This document shows positions 46,301 through 56,883 of a stretch of DNA of 64,000 nt, in pieces. A program made the translations under genes and the position numbers. Source of the stretch: Ginglymostoma cirratum (Eukaryota); the NCBI GenBank assembly GCA_024137785.1, contig JAHRHZ010000067.1, positions 4,311,281-4,375,280 on the forward strand, given 5' to 3'. Position 1 is the first letter of the stretch; every line of letters begins with the position of its first letter. The notes beneath the pieces are model-generated. The model made no database searches. It worked only from the letters and a program-made list of their open reading frames with translations, and was not told the origin of the DNA.

Positions 46301-48986
46301 AGAAATGCATAGGAGCACAACCACCTGCAAGTTCCCCTCCAAGCCACATACCCTTCTGACTTTGAAGTATATCGCTGTTCCTTTGCTGTCAGTAGGTGAA
46401 AATCCTGAAACTTTATTTCTAGTATTGCGGCATACCTGTGTCATGTAGGCTGAAGTGGTTCGAGAAGGTCATAATTCAGGATGAGCAATGACTGCATCTT
46501 GTGACAAAGTTTTTGAAAGCCAGTTTGTTTTCATTTGCACACTTGCTGTCATATTTCATAAGCCTTAATTTTATTAACCAGCATTTCATCTTGTATCATT
46601 TCACTACAAAGTTTGACCAACTCAATATATTAACAATTTGCTTTTTTAGAATAGAAGAGGTTAGACCGCCAGAATGAACCAATATATTTTTCTTCTTCTG
46701 GTTTGTACATAATTGAAATTGTTCCTACGACTTGCATAGTATCAAGACGAAGTTAAATTGATACAATAAATTTACAAGCACAGGCGCACAGAAATTGTAC
46801 ATATTCTGTTCAAAAACAAACTGGCACTTATTCTTTTCAGAATATATTGTGAATAAGGACTAATCTCATTTGTTTTACTCTTTCTAATTTTGGAATTTTG
46901 AATGTACAGGAATTTCTTGATTTTAGTGCTTATATATTTGAAAATCCTATTACTCTCCAGTCGGATGTGCAAATTATATCTTGATGTTTTTCTGTGCCTT
47001 CTTCATGAGAGAAATGTGCATTCCTGTACAATTTGTTGATTGTTAAAAGAATTGCCAACTGTGAAAGCAGTAACTCATGTATCAGTGTGACTTGTAATCT
47101 TAACTTTTACGTACCTATCATTGAGTTTGGAAAATACCATTGGCAGCATTGTCAAACCAGTTTTAAAAAATGAATTTTTAAGCAACAGATCACTCTTTTC
47201 CTGGTACTTTTTTTTTTCATTTTGTGATGCAGGCAACATTTGTTTACTTCAAACAAGTGCTTTTTCTCGTTTGAATTTGTGTTTGAACGAACTTTACTGT
47301 GAAAGAATATTTTTTATCAAAACTCCGTAGCCCTTTCTTGTAACAGTCAGCTTCATCATGAATGCAAAACTAATGCACAAGTAAAACATTGTCAAAGCTG
47401 GGAATCTGAAATAAATAAAATGCTGGAGTCATTCAGCTTGTGCAAGATATGTCATTGACTTATCATTATCTTCAGGTTGTCTGTCGCTGCACCCAGTTCT
47501 TTTCAAAATCGTCATCTGTTGACACCATTTTATTTAAATTTATGAGTTAGGTTCAGCAGACTCCCTGTTCCAGAAGGGAAATATACTTGAAGTATGCATG
47601 AATCAGAATTAGTGTTACAGTGGAGTAATCCTGTTTCCAATGTGGGTATCTTTGAGCTCATCTTTCCAGTGGAGATGCTGAATTTCCTAAGATTGTTTAC
47701 TATTTGGTTAAACTGTTTCACTTGAATGTTACCTTCATTTACCAATAGTCTGTCTAATTGAATTTGCTGTCTTAATTATTATAATTCTTGTGCTCTATTT
47801 TTATCCCTACTGTTCTCCACGATCTTTAATGTCAGCAAGTTCGGTCATCAAGAGTATGAACAACAGGATGGCAATGTTTGTCATTTCAGGATCCTACTCA
47901 GCACTCACCCAATTTTCCCGTCAATCTGAATTTGCCTCTGGCAATAAAGTTCTTGTTTTCCACTTATTAATGAATTCCTGATCCAATCCCAACTACCATG
48001 GATTCCTGTAGTTTTAAATTTACTCATTATCTTAGAGGAAGAAAGGTGATTGAACAACAGGAGCATAAGTCCCACCCTTTGTTTTGAATGCTCGTTAACT
48101 TTCAGCAGAGTTTCACATGGCTTTTTATTCTCGCTTTTGTAATAGCGGTGATTAATTCAGAGTAATTTATTGTCTATGAAGCACTTTGAAATATTTAAGA
48201 TAGATTATCAAAGTAATAAGAACGTGTGCACTCAGTAATTCTGAAATGGTTTTCCAGCAGGTGTAGCTTCAGCAGAATAGAAAAGTAGGAAATGCTCCTT
48301 TTGATGTACTGATTTAATGATTTTGTGTCCCTTTCTCATTATGGATGGAGCAGGTAGGAGAAATGCACCCCCACTGAACCTCACGGGTCTTCCTGGAACA
48401 GAGAAGCTCAATGATAAGGAAAAAGAGGTACATGCATTGGTCTACTTTCTTGAGATTTTGCAATCCTAATTATAAATTAACCCTTCACTTCATGGGTCTG
48501 AGGGGGGAGTTATTTAATTAGTTCCAAACAAAAGGCTACCATTTAACCTTCCTTTTTTTGACATCTTCTGCAATTCCGTTCCATTTTGGCAGCAGTAATG
48601 AAAAAACAAACTTCAACATTATTTATGATAATGGAAAACACTGGAAATGCAACATTCAGGAGATAGACAGATGGAATGTTTATCAAATAGCAAGGAGGGC
48701 TCTTCCTATAATCACAAGATCTATATGTAGAACTTTAATATATGATAAATGTGTTTGAATAACATTCTTTATGGATCTTTTCTGCCCACCTATCTCATAG
48801 CTGTGCCAGATGGTACGATTGGTCCCGGGAGCATATTTGGAATACAAGTCGGCTTTAATGAATGAGAGCAGCAGGTTAGGTGGCCTGAAACTAGCCCAGG
48901 CAAGGACTCTCATTAAAATAGATGTGAATAAAACCAGAAAAATCTACGATTTCCTGATACAAGAAGGATATATTACTAAAGCTTAA
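7364..48986 (+). CDS. TADA2A: Transcriptional adaptor 2-alpha (Ada2a), complete spliced CDS, 15 coding exons, 443 aa
   Basis: Manual splicing: 7364-7388, 10063-10169, 12813-12872, 15741-15832, 28262-28419, 29143-29231, 31465-31537, 32108-32171, 33759-33802, 37397-37507, 38856-38927, 41720-41852, 44526-44569, 48354-48427, 48801-48986. Total 1332 nt, all GT-AG, phases consistent. Translation MDRLAPFGSDPFDQPPCRGCSSYLMEPYIKCADC...WTAQEEMALLEAVMDCGFGNWQDVANQM...IKIDVNKTRKIYDFLIQEGYITKA* matches vertebrate TADA2A as I recall it (ZZ finger, SANT, SWIRM). Confidence 0.97.
9010..9465. mobile_element. Old, decayed fold-back Penelope-derived element
   Basis: Left arm tgctggaaattctcagcaggttaggcagcatctg; right arm cctgcctgaccggctgagtacttctggcatttt. 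Confidence 0.5.
10063..10169 (+). CDS. TADA2A: TADA2A coding exon 2 (ZZ zinc finger: DPFDQPPCRGCSSYLMEPYIKCADCGPPPLLICLQ)
   Basis: tttatttcag|GTGAC...TTACAG|gtacac. Confidence 0.97.
10490..11505 (+). mobile_element. CR1/L2-group LINE 3' fragment (decayed RT plus tail); related copies at about 11925-12535 (-), 23380-24200 (-), 37720-38560 (+), 46150-46500 (+)
   Basis: gagttcctcaggatagt...ccttcagctacttcatcaattaccttccc reads as a decayed (G)VPQ(G)S..P..FS.FINDLP RT motif. The frames are broken. Confidence 0.7.
12813..12872 (+). CDS. TADA2A: TADA2A coding exon 3 (CFTRGFEYKKHESDHSYEIM)
   Basis: ttttgtag|TGC...ATAATG|gtgagt. Confidence 0.97.
15741..15832 (+). CDS. TADA2A: TADA2A coding exon 4 (start of SANT: TSDFPILDPNWTAQEEMALLEAVMDCGFGN-W)
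   Basis: atatgcag|ACG...AACTG|gtaata. Confidence 0.97.
16770..16978 (-). mobile_element. tRNA-derived SINE (related head at about 60555-60620 +)
   Basis: Minus strand has gttagctcagttgg (A box) and gggttcaattcc (B box), followed by a non-tRNA body. Confidence 0.6.
17228..19772 (-). mobile_element. CR1 LINE (ORF2 RT fragment to 3' end), interrupted by a Penelope insertion
   Basis: ORF pieces GNYRLVSLTSVVGKILE..., DMMYWDFQKASDKVLH, GLEYKSRDVVLRLYLALVRLHLEY, GLSYEERLRTL. Confidence 0.9.
17438..17835 (+). mobile_element. Penelope-like element end with inverted 5' pLTR, 13-bp TSD
   Basis: TSD attctgtaagttt at 17425-17437 and 17836-17848. Inverted arms at about 17438-17570 and 17663-17797. The middle encodes NQNSVNKHIELDPVYKPLR, resembling a GIY-YIG C-terminus. 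Confidence 0.8.
19775..21960 (-). mobile_element. Decayed Gypsy (Ty3) LTR retrotransposon gag-pol fragment
   Basis: Gag PGSKTYKEMLRTLQSHFSLKPLVTAAERFRFHK; RT GGQHFTKIDLSQTYLQ...YKRLPFGI; downstream FLGLLNY and VLTHFDPKLLLQLACD. Many stops and frameshifts. Confidence 0.88.
21965..22560 (-). mobile_element. CR1 LINE 3' fragment
   Basis: ORF FKTEMKMNYFSQTVMNLCNLLPQ and a typical CR1 3' tail. Confidence 0.8.
22569..23259 (-). mobile_element. Internally deleted Gypsy LTR element (LTR-PBS-short internal-LTR)
   Basis: Direct repeats at 22569-22706 and 23104-23238. Minus-strand TGGTGATGAAAGTGGGAT at 23077-23060 resembles a tRNA-Ser(GCT) PBS. A pol-end-like YPV..PKRLAL* precedes the second repeat. 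Confidence 0.6.
23588..24622 (+). repeat. 102-bp near-identical direct duplication (23588-23689 and 24521-24622)
   Basis: tagatctttcactatctgagcc...gtagattgcggag; I count one mismatch. Confidence 0.92.
24290..24935 (+). mobile_element. CR1 LINE 3' fragment
   Basis: RKDAVKLERVQKR...GLSYRERLNRLGLFSLE; GERFKRDLRGNFSTQ. Confidence 0.85.
25976..26048. repeat. 38-bp tandem duplication (tgaaaaacactttttatacrtgcactgatttttct)
   Basis: Two adjacent copies are visible. Confidence 0.8.
28262..28419 (+). CDS. TADA2A: TADA2A coding exon 5 (QDVANQMRTKSKEDCEKHYMKHFVNNPLF...TAITFR)
   Basis: ccctttttgaag|GCAAGAT...TTTAGAG|gtgagc. Confidence 0.96.
29143..29231 (+). CDS. TADA2A: TADA2A coding exon 6 (CDDPPRPTFDSAVSRDMAGYMPARADFVE)
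   Basis: aattgcag|CTTGT...GTTGAA|gtaagt. Confidence 0.97.
29415..29915 (-). mobile_element. CR1 LINE 3' fragment
   Basis: ORF GERFKRNLRGNVFTQRMVCGWNELPE. Confidence 0.85.
31465..31537 (+). CDS. TADA2A: TADA2A coding exon 7 (EFDNYAEWDLRDIDFVEDDSDILH)
   Basis: tttgatacag|GAATTT...CATG|gtaagt. Confidence 0.97.
32108..32171 (+). CDS. TADA2A: TADA2A coding exon 8 (LKLAVVDIYYSRLKERQRRK)
   Basis: ttgaacag|CTTTG...AAAAA|gtaagt. Confidence 0.96.
32270..32400 (+). mobile_element. Short Penelope-derived element with intact minimal hammerhead core, 8-bp TSD
   Basis: TSD tatccctc at 32262-32269 and 32401-32408. Core CTGATGAagggtctaggcccGAAACGTC at 32279-32306. Confidence 0.85.
32276..32309 (+). ncRNA. 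Minimal type-I hammerhead ribozyme motif (PLE type)
   Basis: CUGAUGA, extra A, stem II GGGU-CUAG-GCCC, GAAAC-GUC cleavage triplet. Stem III is reduced to the palindrome ACGU. Stem I is short (uuu/aag). Confidence 0.65.
33759..33802 (+). CDS. TADA2A: TADA2A coding exon 9 (ILRDHGLINLRKFQ)
   Basis: ctctccacag|AATT...CAAA|gtaagt. Confidence 0.96.
36820..36950. mobile_element. Short Penelope-derived fold-back element, hammerhead core deleted
   Basis: gagataacaaggtgtagagctggttgaacac ... gtgttcatccaactctacaccttgttatctc inverted arms. Imperfect TSD tgaagctgaaaaagg / tgaaactgaaaaaagg. Confidence 0.75.
37397..37507 (+). CDS. TADA2A: TADA2A coding exon 10 (LERRYPKEVQDLYEAMRHFARLLGPTEHDKFIESHT)
   Basis: aattgcag|TTCTT...ACAT|gtatgt; lies within supplied ORF 37333..37515. 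Confidence 0.96.
38856..38927 (+). CDS. TADA2A: TADA2A coding exon 11 (DFELRKEIKRLQEYRRAGIFTFR)
   Basis: tttctcatag|TGGAT...CCGTG|gtgagt. Confidence 0.96.
39490..40200 (+). mobile_element. Gypsy 3' fragment (integrase C-terminal region, purine tract, truncated 3' LTR 40032-40200)
   Basis: Decayed ...QERRFASGDKV..RNHRNGP...VLNKHVDHVK, then the purine-rich aaagtgggatgga, then an LTR beginning tatagtgattgtaac. Confidence 0.65.
40201..40403 (-). mobile_element. Solo LTR of the same family in inverted orientation
   Basis: Minus strand runs TGtagtgattgtaagaaggtcagc...ggagttatttCA and is homologous to 40032-40200. Confidence 0.7.
41000..41035. repeat. (TA)n/atatagat microsatellite
   Basis: tatatagatatatatatagatatatatatatagata. 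Confidence 0.85.
41720..41852 (+). CDS. TADA2A: TADA2A coding exon 12 (AKVYDCLKVHREEERLKRNMLTDVLQCLQDSNACQQWLHKQAA)
   Basis: cttgtatag|GCGCC...GCAAT|gtgagt. Confidence 0.96.
43050..44000 (-). mobile_element. Decayed CR1 fragments with a nested SINE
   Basis: CR1 3' motifs (ccattctggtaaatctc, cagaactggatgcaat). Confidence 0.6.
44526..44569 (+). CDS. TADA2A: TADA2A coding exon 13 (DSGLNPVALVIPTA)
   Basis: cctttcag|TGATT...TGCAG|gtaagt. Confidence 0.93.
44630..46150 (-). mobile_element. Stacked decayed CR1 fragments
   Basis: CR1 tails and an RT piece GPQGSVPRLFFFAIY..SKFGDDTKVG (ORF 46009..46224). Confidence 0.7.
48354..48427 (+). CDS. TADA2A: TADA2A coding exon 14 (RRNAPPLNLTGLPGTEKLNDKEKE)
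   Basis: ggagcag|GTAGG...AAAGAG|gtacat. Confidence 0.95.
48801..48986 (+). CDS. TADA2A: TADA2A last coding exon (SWIRM C-terminus LCQMVRLVPGAYLEYK...EGYITKA*)
   Basis: tctcatag|CTGTGC...GCTTAA, stop codon at 48984-48986. Confidence 0.97.
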   Translation: MCQMVRLVPGAYLEYKSALMNESSRLGGLKLAQARTLIKIDVNKTRKIYDFLIQEGYITKA

Positions 48987-49272
48987 ACGTGCAACCCGAA
49001 GCTGATGTTCAGCAGTGCTGTCACTAAGCAACCTTTGAAAATAGCAGACTGTCACCTGGCAACCTCATATTTCTTTTGTTGGTGATGTACAGAGTGAAAA
49101 AGGAAAATCATGTATCTTTATTTATTCTCTTTTTGTAAAAGATTGAAATTGCTCACTGATTCTGAATCTTTTATGGTTTGGTGACTAGTGGTGTGAAGTC
49201 AGTATAATATACAGCTTTTTTGTAATTGTTTGTGTAAAGATGTACATTTAAACTTTTTTATTATAAAATCTG

Positions 49273-49381
49273 ATTAAATTTTCTTAAGTGTTTAGATCTT
49301 TGTGGACCATTTCTTGTATTGACAAAGCTATCTCACATCACAAAGACATGGCTTGGTGTAAAATAAATGATACAAAATAAA
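49273..49381 (+). terminator. Candidate TADA2A polyadenylation signals
   Basis: ATTAAA 49273-49278, AATAAA 49362-49367 and AATAAA 49376-49381, after a U-rich 3' UTR. Which one is used cannot be determined. Confidence 0.5.
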
Positions 49382-50329
49382 TCAATTCAGCATTGATGAG
49401 GGACAGTGAATTGTTTCACAAAATTAAGAATTAAGGTTTTCTGATTCAAAGCACTGACCATACGTTTGAATATTTCACTAATGTTTAGATTTTGCAACTA
49501 ATCAAAGATATAAACTGGGGCAATACCATGTTTGAATACTTGCACTCATTGCCAGCGTAGAGAGTCATTGATTTGTCTGCAATTAGCTTGGCCCAAAGGT
49601 TTAGGAACACATCATGAACATCTCTCCCTGGCATCATAAAAGATCCAGGTTCAAGTCCCACCCTCCCCTGAAGCCTGCCATAACATGTCTGTGCACATCA
49701 ATTTAAAATAGTACATAAAATACCAAGGATGACCAATGCAAAATTAAATAATTAATGATTTTGATCACAAGATTCCATTGTACCCAAAAAAAGTTATCTT
49801 ATAATAAAGAAGTGCATAAGATGACTGAAAGAAAATCTAGTGGCCTTAAATTATTAATCCCAATTCTGTTTTTTTTTTCGGCTCATGAACTCCCAATTTC
49901 CCACCTGTAGCACAAAAAATTTAATTCATTTCCTCAAGTGTCTTCCTTTGCCCTCCTGACCCAATTCTACTTAGGATGATATGCAGATGCTTTAAAAATA
50001 TTTGATGCCTGTACTACAAAGCAGCTTTGCATTGCAATTTGTTTTATTTTGCAGCATTCCAATGTTTGGCACTCTAGCTATCTATGTGCTACCTATGCTG
50101 AAGGATGACTTTTTGTCAATGCTGTATGTAAGCTGCATCATAGAAATTCTTATTTTTGCCCCCACCACAGTGGATATTTGGAATAGCCACCTCAACCAAG
50201 TAATAGTTGATATGGATTCAATTGGCACGTTGTAGAAGTATCAATACCTTTAAATATAGATTGAAGCTTATAAAAAGATCAGCAATATTGCTCCATTTTC
50301 TTTTATGAGATATGCTTTTTTTTCATCTA

Positions 50330-53300
50330 CATAAGAAATAGGGACATGAGTAGGTTGTTTGGCCCCTCGAATCTGTTATGCCATTCAGTAGGATCATGGC
50401 TGAGCAGGCACTCGTCATGTCTACTTTCCTACCTTTTTTCCCATAACCTTTAATTCCCCTGCTGATCAAGAATCTATCTATCTAAGCTTTAAATATACAC
50501 AAGGATTCTGCCCTTATTGCAGTCTGTGGCAAGGAGTTCCAAAGACACAACCCTCAGAGAGAAGAAATTCTTCCTGATCTCAGTCTTAGCTTGATGCCCC
50601 TTAATTCTGTGACTTGTACCCTCTGGTCCATGAAGGGACACATTGTGTCAGCGTTTACCCTGTCAAGCCCTTTAAGAATCTGTTGGATTTTCCTTAAGAG
50701 ATGGTTCCAGGAGAAATGGGATCGAGATCAAAAGATTTTTGGCCCATCGAGTCTGCTCTTCAATCATTACTGATATGTTTCTCAAATCCGGTCTGTCTTC
50801 TCCCCATAGCACATGATTCCATTACCAATCAAGAATCTATCTCTTAAATAAACTTAATGACTTTGCCTCCACTTCACTCTTGAGTCTGTGCCCTCGGGTT
50901 GTAGGCTTTCCTGCTAGTAGAAACATCTCCACGTCCACTATATCCAGGTTTCTCAGTACTCTCTAAGTTTCAAATGAGATTCTTGCCCCACCCCTCAATT
51001 CTTCTAAAGTCCATTGAGTACAGACATGACAAGCCCTTTATCACTGAGATAATTCTCATAAACCTCCTCTGGACCCACTCCAAGGCAAGCACATTCTTTA
51101 GATACGGGGCCTAAAACTGCTCTCAAAATTCCAAATGCAGTTTGACCAGAGTCATATACAGCCTCAGGAGTACATCTCTGCTTTTGTATTCTAGCCCACT
51201 CAAAATGAATGGTAACATTGAATTTGCCTTCCCAAATGCCAACTGAACAGCATGTTAATGTTAAGAGAGTCCTGAACTAGAACTCGCAAGTCCCATTGTG
51301 ATTCAGATTTCTGATTCCTTTTCCTATTTAGAGAATAGTCTTTGCCTCTAAACTTCTTACCAAAGTGCATTATGTAATGCTTTCCCACGTTGTATTCCAT
51401 CTGGTACTCCATTGCACACTCTCCTAACCTGTCCAAGTTGCAGCCCCCTGCCCTTTCCTTAACATTACCTGCCTCTTCACCTATCTTTGTGTTAGCAGCA
51501 ATGTTCTCAGTTCCTTTGTGCAGATTGTTATTGTGAGTAGTTGTGGTCCCAACATGGATCCCTGTGGAATTACACAAGTCACTGGTTGCCACCCTGAAAA
51601 AGACTGTATTATCCCTACTGTCTGCCTTCTGCCAGTCAGCCAATCTCTATCCATGATAGTACCTTGCCCCTAACACCATGGGCTTTTATTTAACGTCCCC
51701 TTGGCAGTGGCATCTTGTCAAGATATTACATCCACTGGCTCTCCTTTGTCTAACTTGGTCGTTACCTCAAAGAATTTGAATAAATTTGTTGACGTAATGT
51801 CCACTTGACGAAGCCATGCCAACTTAGCCCTCATTTTCCATGCACTTCAAAGTACTTTGGAATCTCATCCTTAATAATGGACTCTTAAAATCTTACCAAC
51901 TACCAAGGTCAGGCTAATTGGCCTGTAGTTCTCTGTCTTGTTTCCCTCCCTTCTTAAACAGTGCTATTAAATTAGCCATTTTCCAGTCCACTGGGACCCT
52001 CCTGACAGTGATTCCTGAAAGACTACCTCCAATGCCACTACAATCTCCTTCAGAACCCTTGGGTGTAGTGCATCTGGTCTGAGTGATTTATTCAGTCTCC
52101 CCAGCAGCTGCTTAGTGATGGTCAGTACACTCACCTCTGCCCCCTGACTGTCTTGAAGTTCTGGAATGCTATTGGTATCTTCCACCCTGATAACTGATGC
52201 AAAATACCTATTCAGTGCCTGTGCCATAACTACGTCTCCAGCCTCATTTTCCATCAGCCCGATGTTCACTCTTGCCTGTCTTTTAGATATGTAAAAAAAG
52301 TCTCAGAATCTTCTTTTATACTGTACTAGTTAGCTTGCTCATATTTCATCATCTCCCCCTTATTGGTTTTTTTAGATGTCCTCTGCTGATTTTTAAAGGT
52401 TTTCCAAACCTCTGGCTTCCCACTAATCTTCGCCACATTATATGCTTTTTAGTTGCTTTTATGCTGTCACTGATTTCCCTTGTCAGCCATGGTTGCCCCA
52501 TCCTCCCCTTAGTATGTTTCTTCTTCCTTGGGGTGAATGTCTGGGATATGCAGAGAGGTCTGGGTGTGCAAGTCCACAGATCACTGAAGGTGGCAGCGAA
52601 GGTAAATAAGGTAGTAAAAACAAGGCTTATGGCATGTTTGCCTTCATTAGAAAGGACGTTGAGTGTAAGGGTAGGCAAGTTATGCTGCAGCCTTATAGAA
52701 CTTTAGTTAGGCCACTCTTGGAATATAGCGTACAGTTCTGGTAACCACACTACCAGCAGAATGTCGATGCTTTGGAGAGGGTACAGAAAAAGTTGTCTGG
52801 TATAGGGGATTTTAGCTATGAAGAAAGGTTGGCCAGACTAGATTTGTTTTCACTGGAACACTAGTATTATTATTTGTTCATTGCTGTGCCTATTGAATTA
52901 CCCCCAGAAACTCCTGCCATTGCTGCTTCACCATCTTCCTTGCTAGGCTTCCCTTCTATTCAGCTCTGGCTAGCTCCTCCCTCTGATCTTTGTAGTTGCA
53001 GATTGTAATACCACTTCATCTGATTCCAGCTTCTCCCTCTCAAACTGCACAATGAATTCTATCACATTATGTCACTGTCCCCTAGAGGTTCCTTCACCTT
53101 AAGCCCCTAATCAGGTTTTCTTCAATATACATCATCAAATCCGGAATTTCCTGTTCCGTAGAGGGCTCTACCATAGGTTGCTCCAAAAAACCTCATTGTA
53201 GACATTCCACAAATTCCTTTTCTTTAGATCTGCTCGCAACCTGATTTGTATATTGAAGTTCTCTATGATTAAAGTAATAGTGCCTTTCTTACATGCCTTT

Positions 53301-55250
53301 TCCATCTCCTGGTTTATTTTCTGCCCCACATCCTGACTACTGCTAGGAGGCATGTACATAATTCCCATCAGGGTCTTTCTTCCTTTGTGGTTCCTCAACT
53401 CTACCCACACAAACTCTATGCTTTCCAACCCTATATCACTTCTTGCTATCGGTTTAATTTCAGCTCTCATTCACAAGACCATCCTGCCTCCATTGCCCAC
53501 CTGCCTATTCTTTCAATTGGATGAATATCCTGGGATATTTAGTTCCCATTCCTGATCCCCTTGCAGCCATGACTTTGTGATACCCACAGCATCATATCTG
53601 CCAATTTAAATCTGCATGACATTTACCTTGTTTTGTAGACTGCATGCATTCAAATAAAACATATTCAATCCTGCAGTGACTGCCCACTTCTCACAGTAGT
53701 CCCCTTACTTGTTGTGCCTGAAGATAGAATTCTAACTCTTCATATTCTCTGACCTATTACTTGTTCTGGAAACTTTAATAACCTCTGCTGAGCTGTCCCC
53801 ACACACACTCCCCTTTAACTTCCATAATTTTCCACTAAACTGAACCCACACACGCTAGTTTGCTCACAGCCCTCTCCACGGCCCTAGTTATGTGATTCAG
53901 CACGGCTCAGTTGGAGCCCAACCTATCGGAACAGCTCCCTCCTTCCCCAGCACTGCTGCCAATGTCCCTTGAATTTGAACCCGTTTCTCCCACATCAATC
54001 TCTGAGCCATGCATTTACCTCTTTAATTTTGTTGACCCTGTGCCACTTTGCTTGTGGCTCAGATAGTAATTCAGCAATTACAAAGTGTGGAGCTAGAGGA
54101 ACACAGCAGGCCAGGCAGCATCAGAGGAACAGGAAAGCTGACGTTTCAGGTCAGGACCCTTTTTCAGAAATCTTTGTTATCTCTGACTTCAGTATCTGCA
54201 GTTCTTGCTATCTCAATTCAGCAATTACTACCTTTTTTGCTCTGCTTTCTAATTTAGCCCCCTAGCTGCTCATATTCCCTCAGCAGAACCTCCTGCCTGT
54301 TTTTACCTATAGCACTAGTACCTATGCGGACCACAAAAACTAGATCTTTCCCCTCCCGCTCCCAAGTTCCTCTACAGCCCAGCCTTCAGGACACTCGATA
54401 CTGGCTACACAGAACAATGTCTATTCCCCTGACTTATACCATCCCCAATTACAACTATATTTCTCTTTTCTGCTCCCCCACTTGAATGGCTCTCTGTACC
54501 ATGGAGATATGGTCAGTTTGCTCATCCTCCCTACAGTCCCCACTCTCATCCACACCAGGAGCAAAAAGCTCAAACCTGTTAGGCAAGCTTAAGGGCTGAG
54601 GTTCCTTCAATCCTATCCCTGGATCCCTGGATCTGCCTCACTGGTGGTCACACCCTCCTGACCACTGACCGAATTCAAGCAAGTTAATCTAAGAAGTGTG
54701 ACTGCCTCCTAAGATGCAACATCCGGGTAACTCTCCCCCTCCCTGATGTGTTGCAGACTCCAGCTCATCAACTCCGAGCTGAAGTTCCTCAAGCAACCAA
54801 CACTTGCTACAACTGTGGCCACTATGAGCTTACATGGGGTCCGTCAGCTCCCACATCATGAAATTTCAACACATCACCTGGCCCAGCATTTCTATTTTAA
54901 TTAATTAGAATTTAATTTGATTTTTAAAAATTTCAGACCGGTCTTTTATTTTGTAGCCTGTAAATGTTTCTTCTAATTACCTTCAGTCTAGAAGCAACTT
55001 ATAATAGATAGTCGAATTAGCAGCTATCACCAACCATTGAACTTAAGGTTTATCTGTGATGTCATTTTTTTGAGCTGGGCCTCTAATCCTGGGTTTCAAT
55101 TTATCCTGTTAAAAAAAAACCTTGCAAACTATGAGACAAAAAAGCAAATAAAAACACCTCTTTCTCACCGCACCGAATTTCTATGTTGCCTCCAAATTCC
55201 CCAAGCTATATATTTATTTGGGCTGTGTCTCACTCCGGATGTGATCTTTC
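50330..55250 (-). mobile_element. Near full-length decayed CR1 LINE (ORF1 start about 54889, endonuclease, RT, 3' end), preceded by a separate CR1 3' end, with nested inserts
   Basis: ORF1-like MLGQVMC*NFMMWELTD...CSKCWLLEELQLGVDELES. Endonuclease ESIEFVWVELRNHKGRKTLMGIMYMPP. RT KSLRPDALHPRVLKE and MEYNVGKHYIMHFG. Nested + strand CR1 at about 52540-52860 and PLE insert at 54082-54214. Confidence 0.88.
54082..54214. mobile_element. Short Penelope-derived hammerhead element, 14-bp TSD
   Basis: TSD aattcagcaattac at 54068-54081 and 54215-54228. Minus-strand core CTGAAAAagggtcctgacctGAAACGTC (G8 mutated) at 54167-54140. Confidence 0.85.
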
Positions 55251-56883
55251 CTTCTTGATCTTGTCAGGCTTAATTACAAAGGGTTGGGCAGGAACTTTGG
55301 AACAAATAAATCTAAGATATTGTGGAAAAAAGACACTGTCAAACCCCATACTCCTCAGTTAAACATAAGGCTTTATTTAAATTTAAACCAAACATATTGA
55401 CTCTTCTTGCATATAATATTAGGTAATGTTCCCCTCACACTTGTATTTCTTTTGAATGTCCTGATGAATATAAAATTAAAAGTTCGACAAAATATCTTTT
55501 TGTTTTCAGCAATACTCAAGTTTGTACGATTGTAAAATTAAAGTGTTATGACCATATATGCACCTTGTTTGGGTGGGACTAAATTAATTTTTAAAAATAC
55601 CATTCTCGCTTCAAGTGTTGTTCTTTTTAGCCATTCCTAAATGAAGGCCAGGCAGAATAAATTGAATACCGTCAATGGGATAAGGAAACCTCTCACTGTT
55701 AAACTCCACTCATTCTACAGAATTTTCCACATATGATGATCTCACCTCTTACTGCCAGCACAAGAGACTCGTCCTGTTATAATGTACAATATGTACTGTA
55801 GCAATATATAATGCAGCTTCTTTAAGACTTTTTAAACACTCATGGTCGAAACTCATTTACTTTTCCAGAAATCTTTTCAAAATTTTTCAAACCTTAGTCA
55901 AATATTCTCTCAGTTTGCATCAGGCCATGCATGAAATAAGCAGCACCTTGCCCTTTTTATTCTTGCTACACAGATAATTAAGATTTGCTTTGTCTTCCAG
56001 GTTGGAAGGAGGGTAATCTGTTGTTGGGAGGGGGGAGAAACAAAGTTTAATTTTCTTTTCCCATTTGTTCCTCTGCCATATTAAGAGAACAATGCTTTAG
56101 CATAGGTTAGGTGACAAAGTAGGTTAGGAAACAAACTCACTGGGAAATATTTTCCACAGGACCTGTCTCTAAAGGTTAACACATATCTAGGGTGTAGCGG
56201 TGTTCTTGCTTGCAAGAAAGAAAGCATTTGTCTTTTTTGAGTTCAATATCCATAGTTAGAAGCAAGTGAAATGGGAAATGTCTGACTTGACTTTCATAAA
56301 GAAAGCTGTAGGTGTTGTGGGGTGAATGCCCCTAATACTGGTGCACTTCCCCACGATAGGGGTAAATTAATGGAAGGAAAATACCTTGGAGTTACACAAC
56401 CGCTCTGCAGATGGTGAACTAGTGTAGCTGATAAAAGAAGTTTGCAATGCAAGGGTCAAAACTAAAACATGTCTCCAATTCAAAGAAAGCATTCTGTTTT
56501 GGATGTTGATATTTTAAGCAACTTACTGTTTGTCTCTGAAACAGTGTGTTCTTTTCATTGTGTCTGGACTGTTTAATAATTTCCAGACGTTTAATTAGTT
56601 TGAAGAGATGCTTTTTTTGTGAATACAGCTAATTGTTCAAATCATGTTAATCCAGCAATAATTCTCCTGGGTCTAGAAACTGAACACACATTTTGCAAAG
56701 CTTTTGATGACACTGGAACCAGTAGATCCATCAAAGTATTTTCAACAGGAGGATCCTGTCCACTATTAAACTTCCAGAATAACTAGTAAATGAAATCTTC
56801 AAATGAAACATGTACAAATTCAACTGAAGGACACATAAATCAGACTTTGAAATGATTGACAGACTAATAACATATATTCAACA

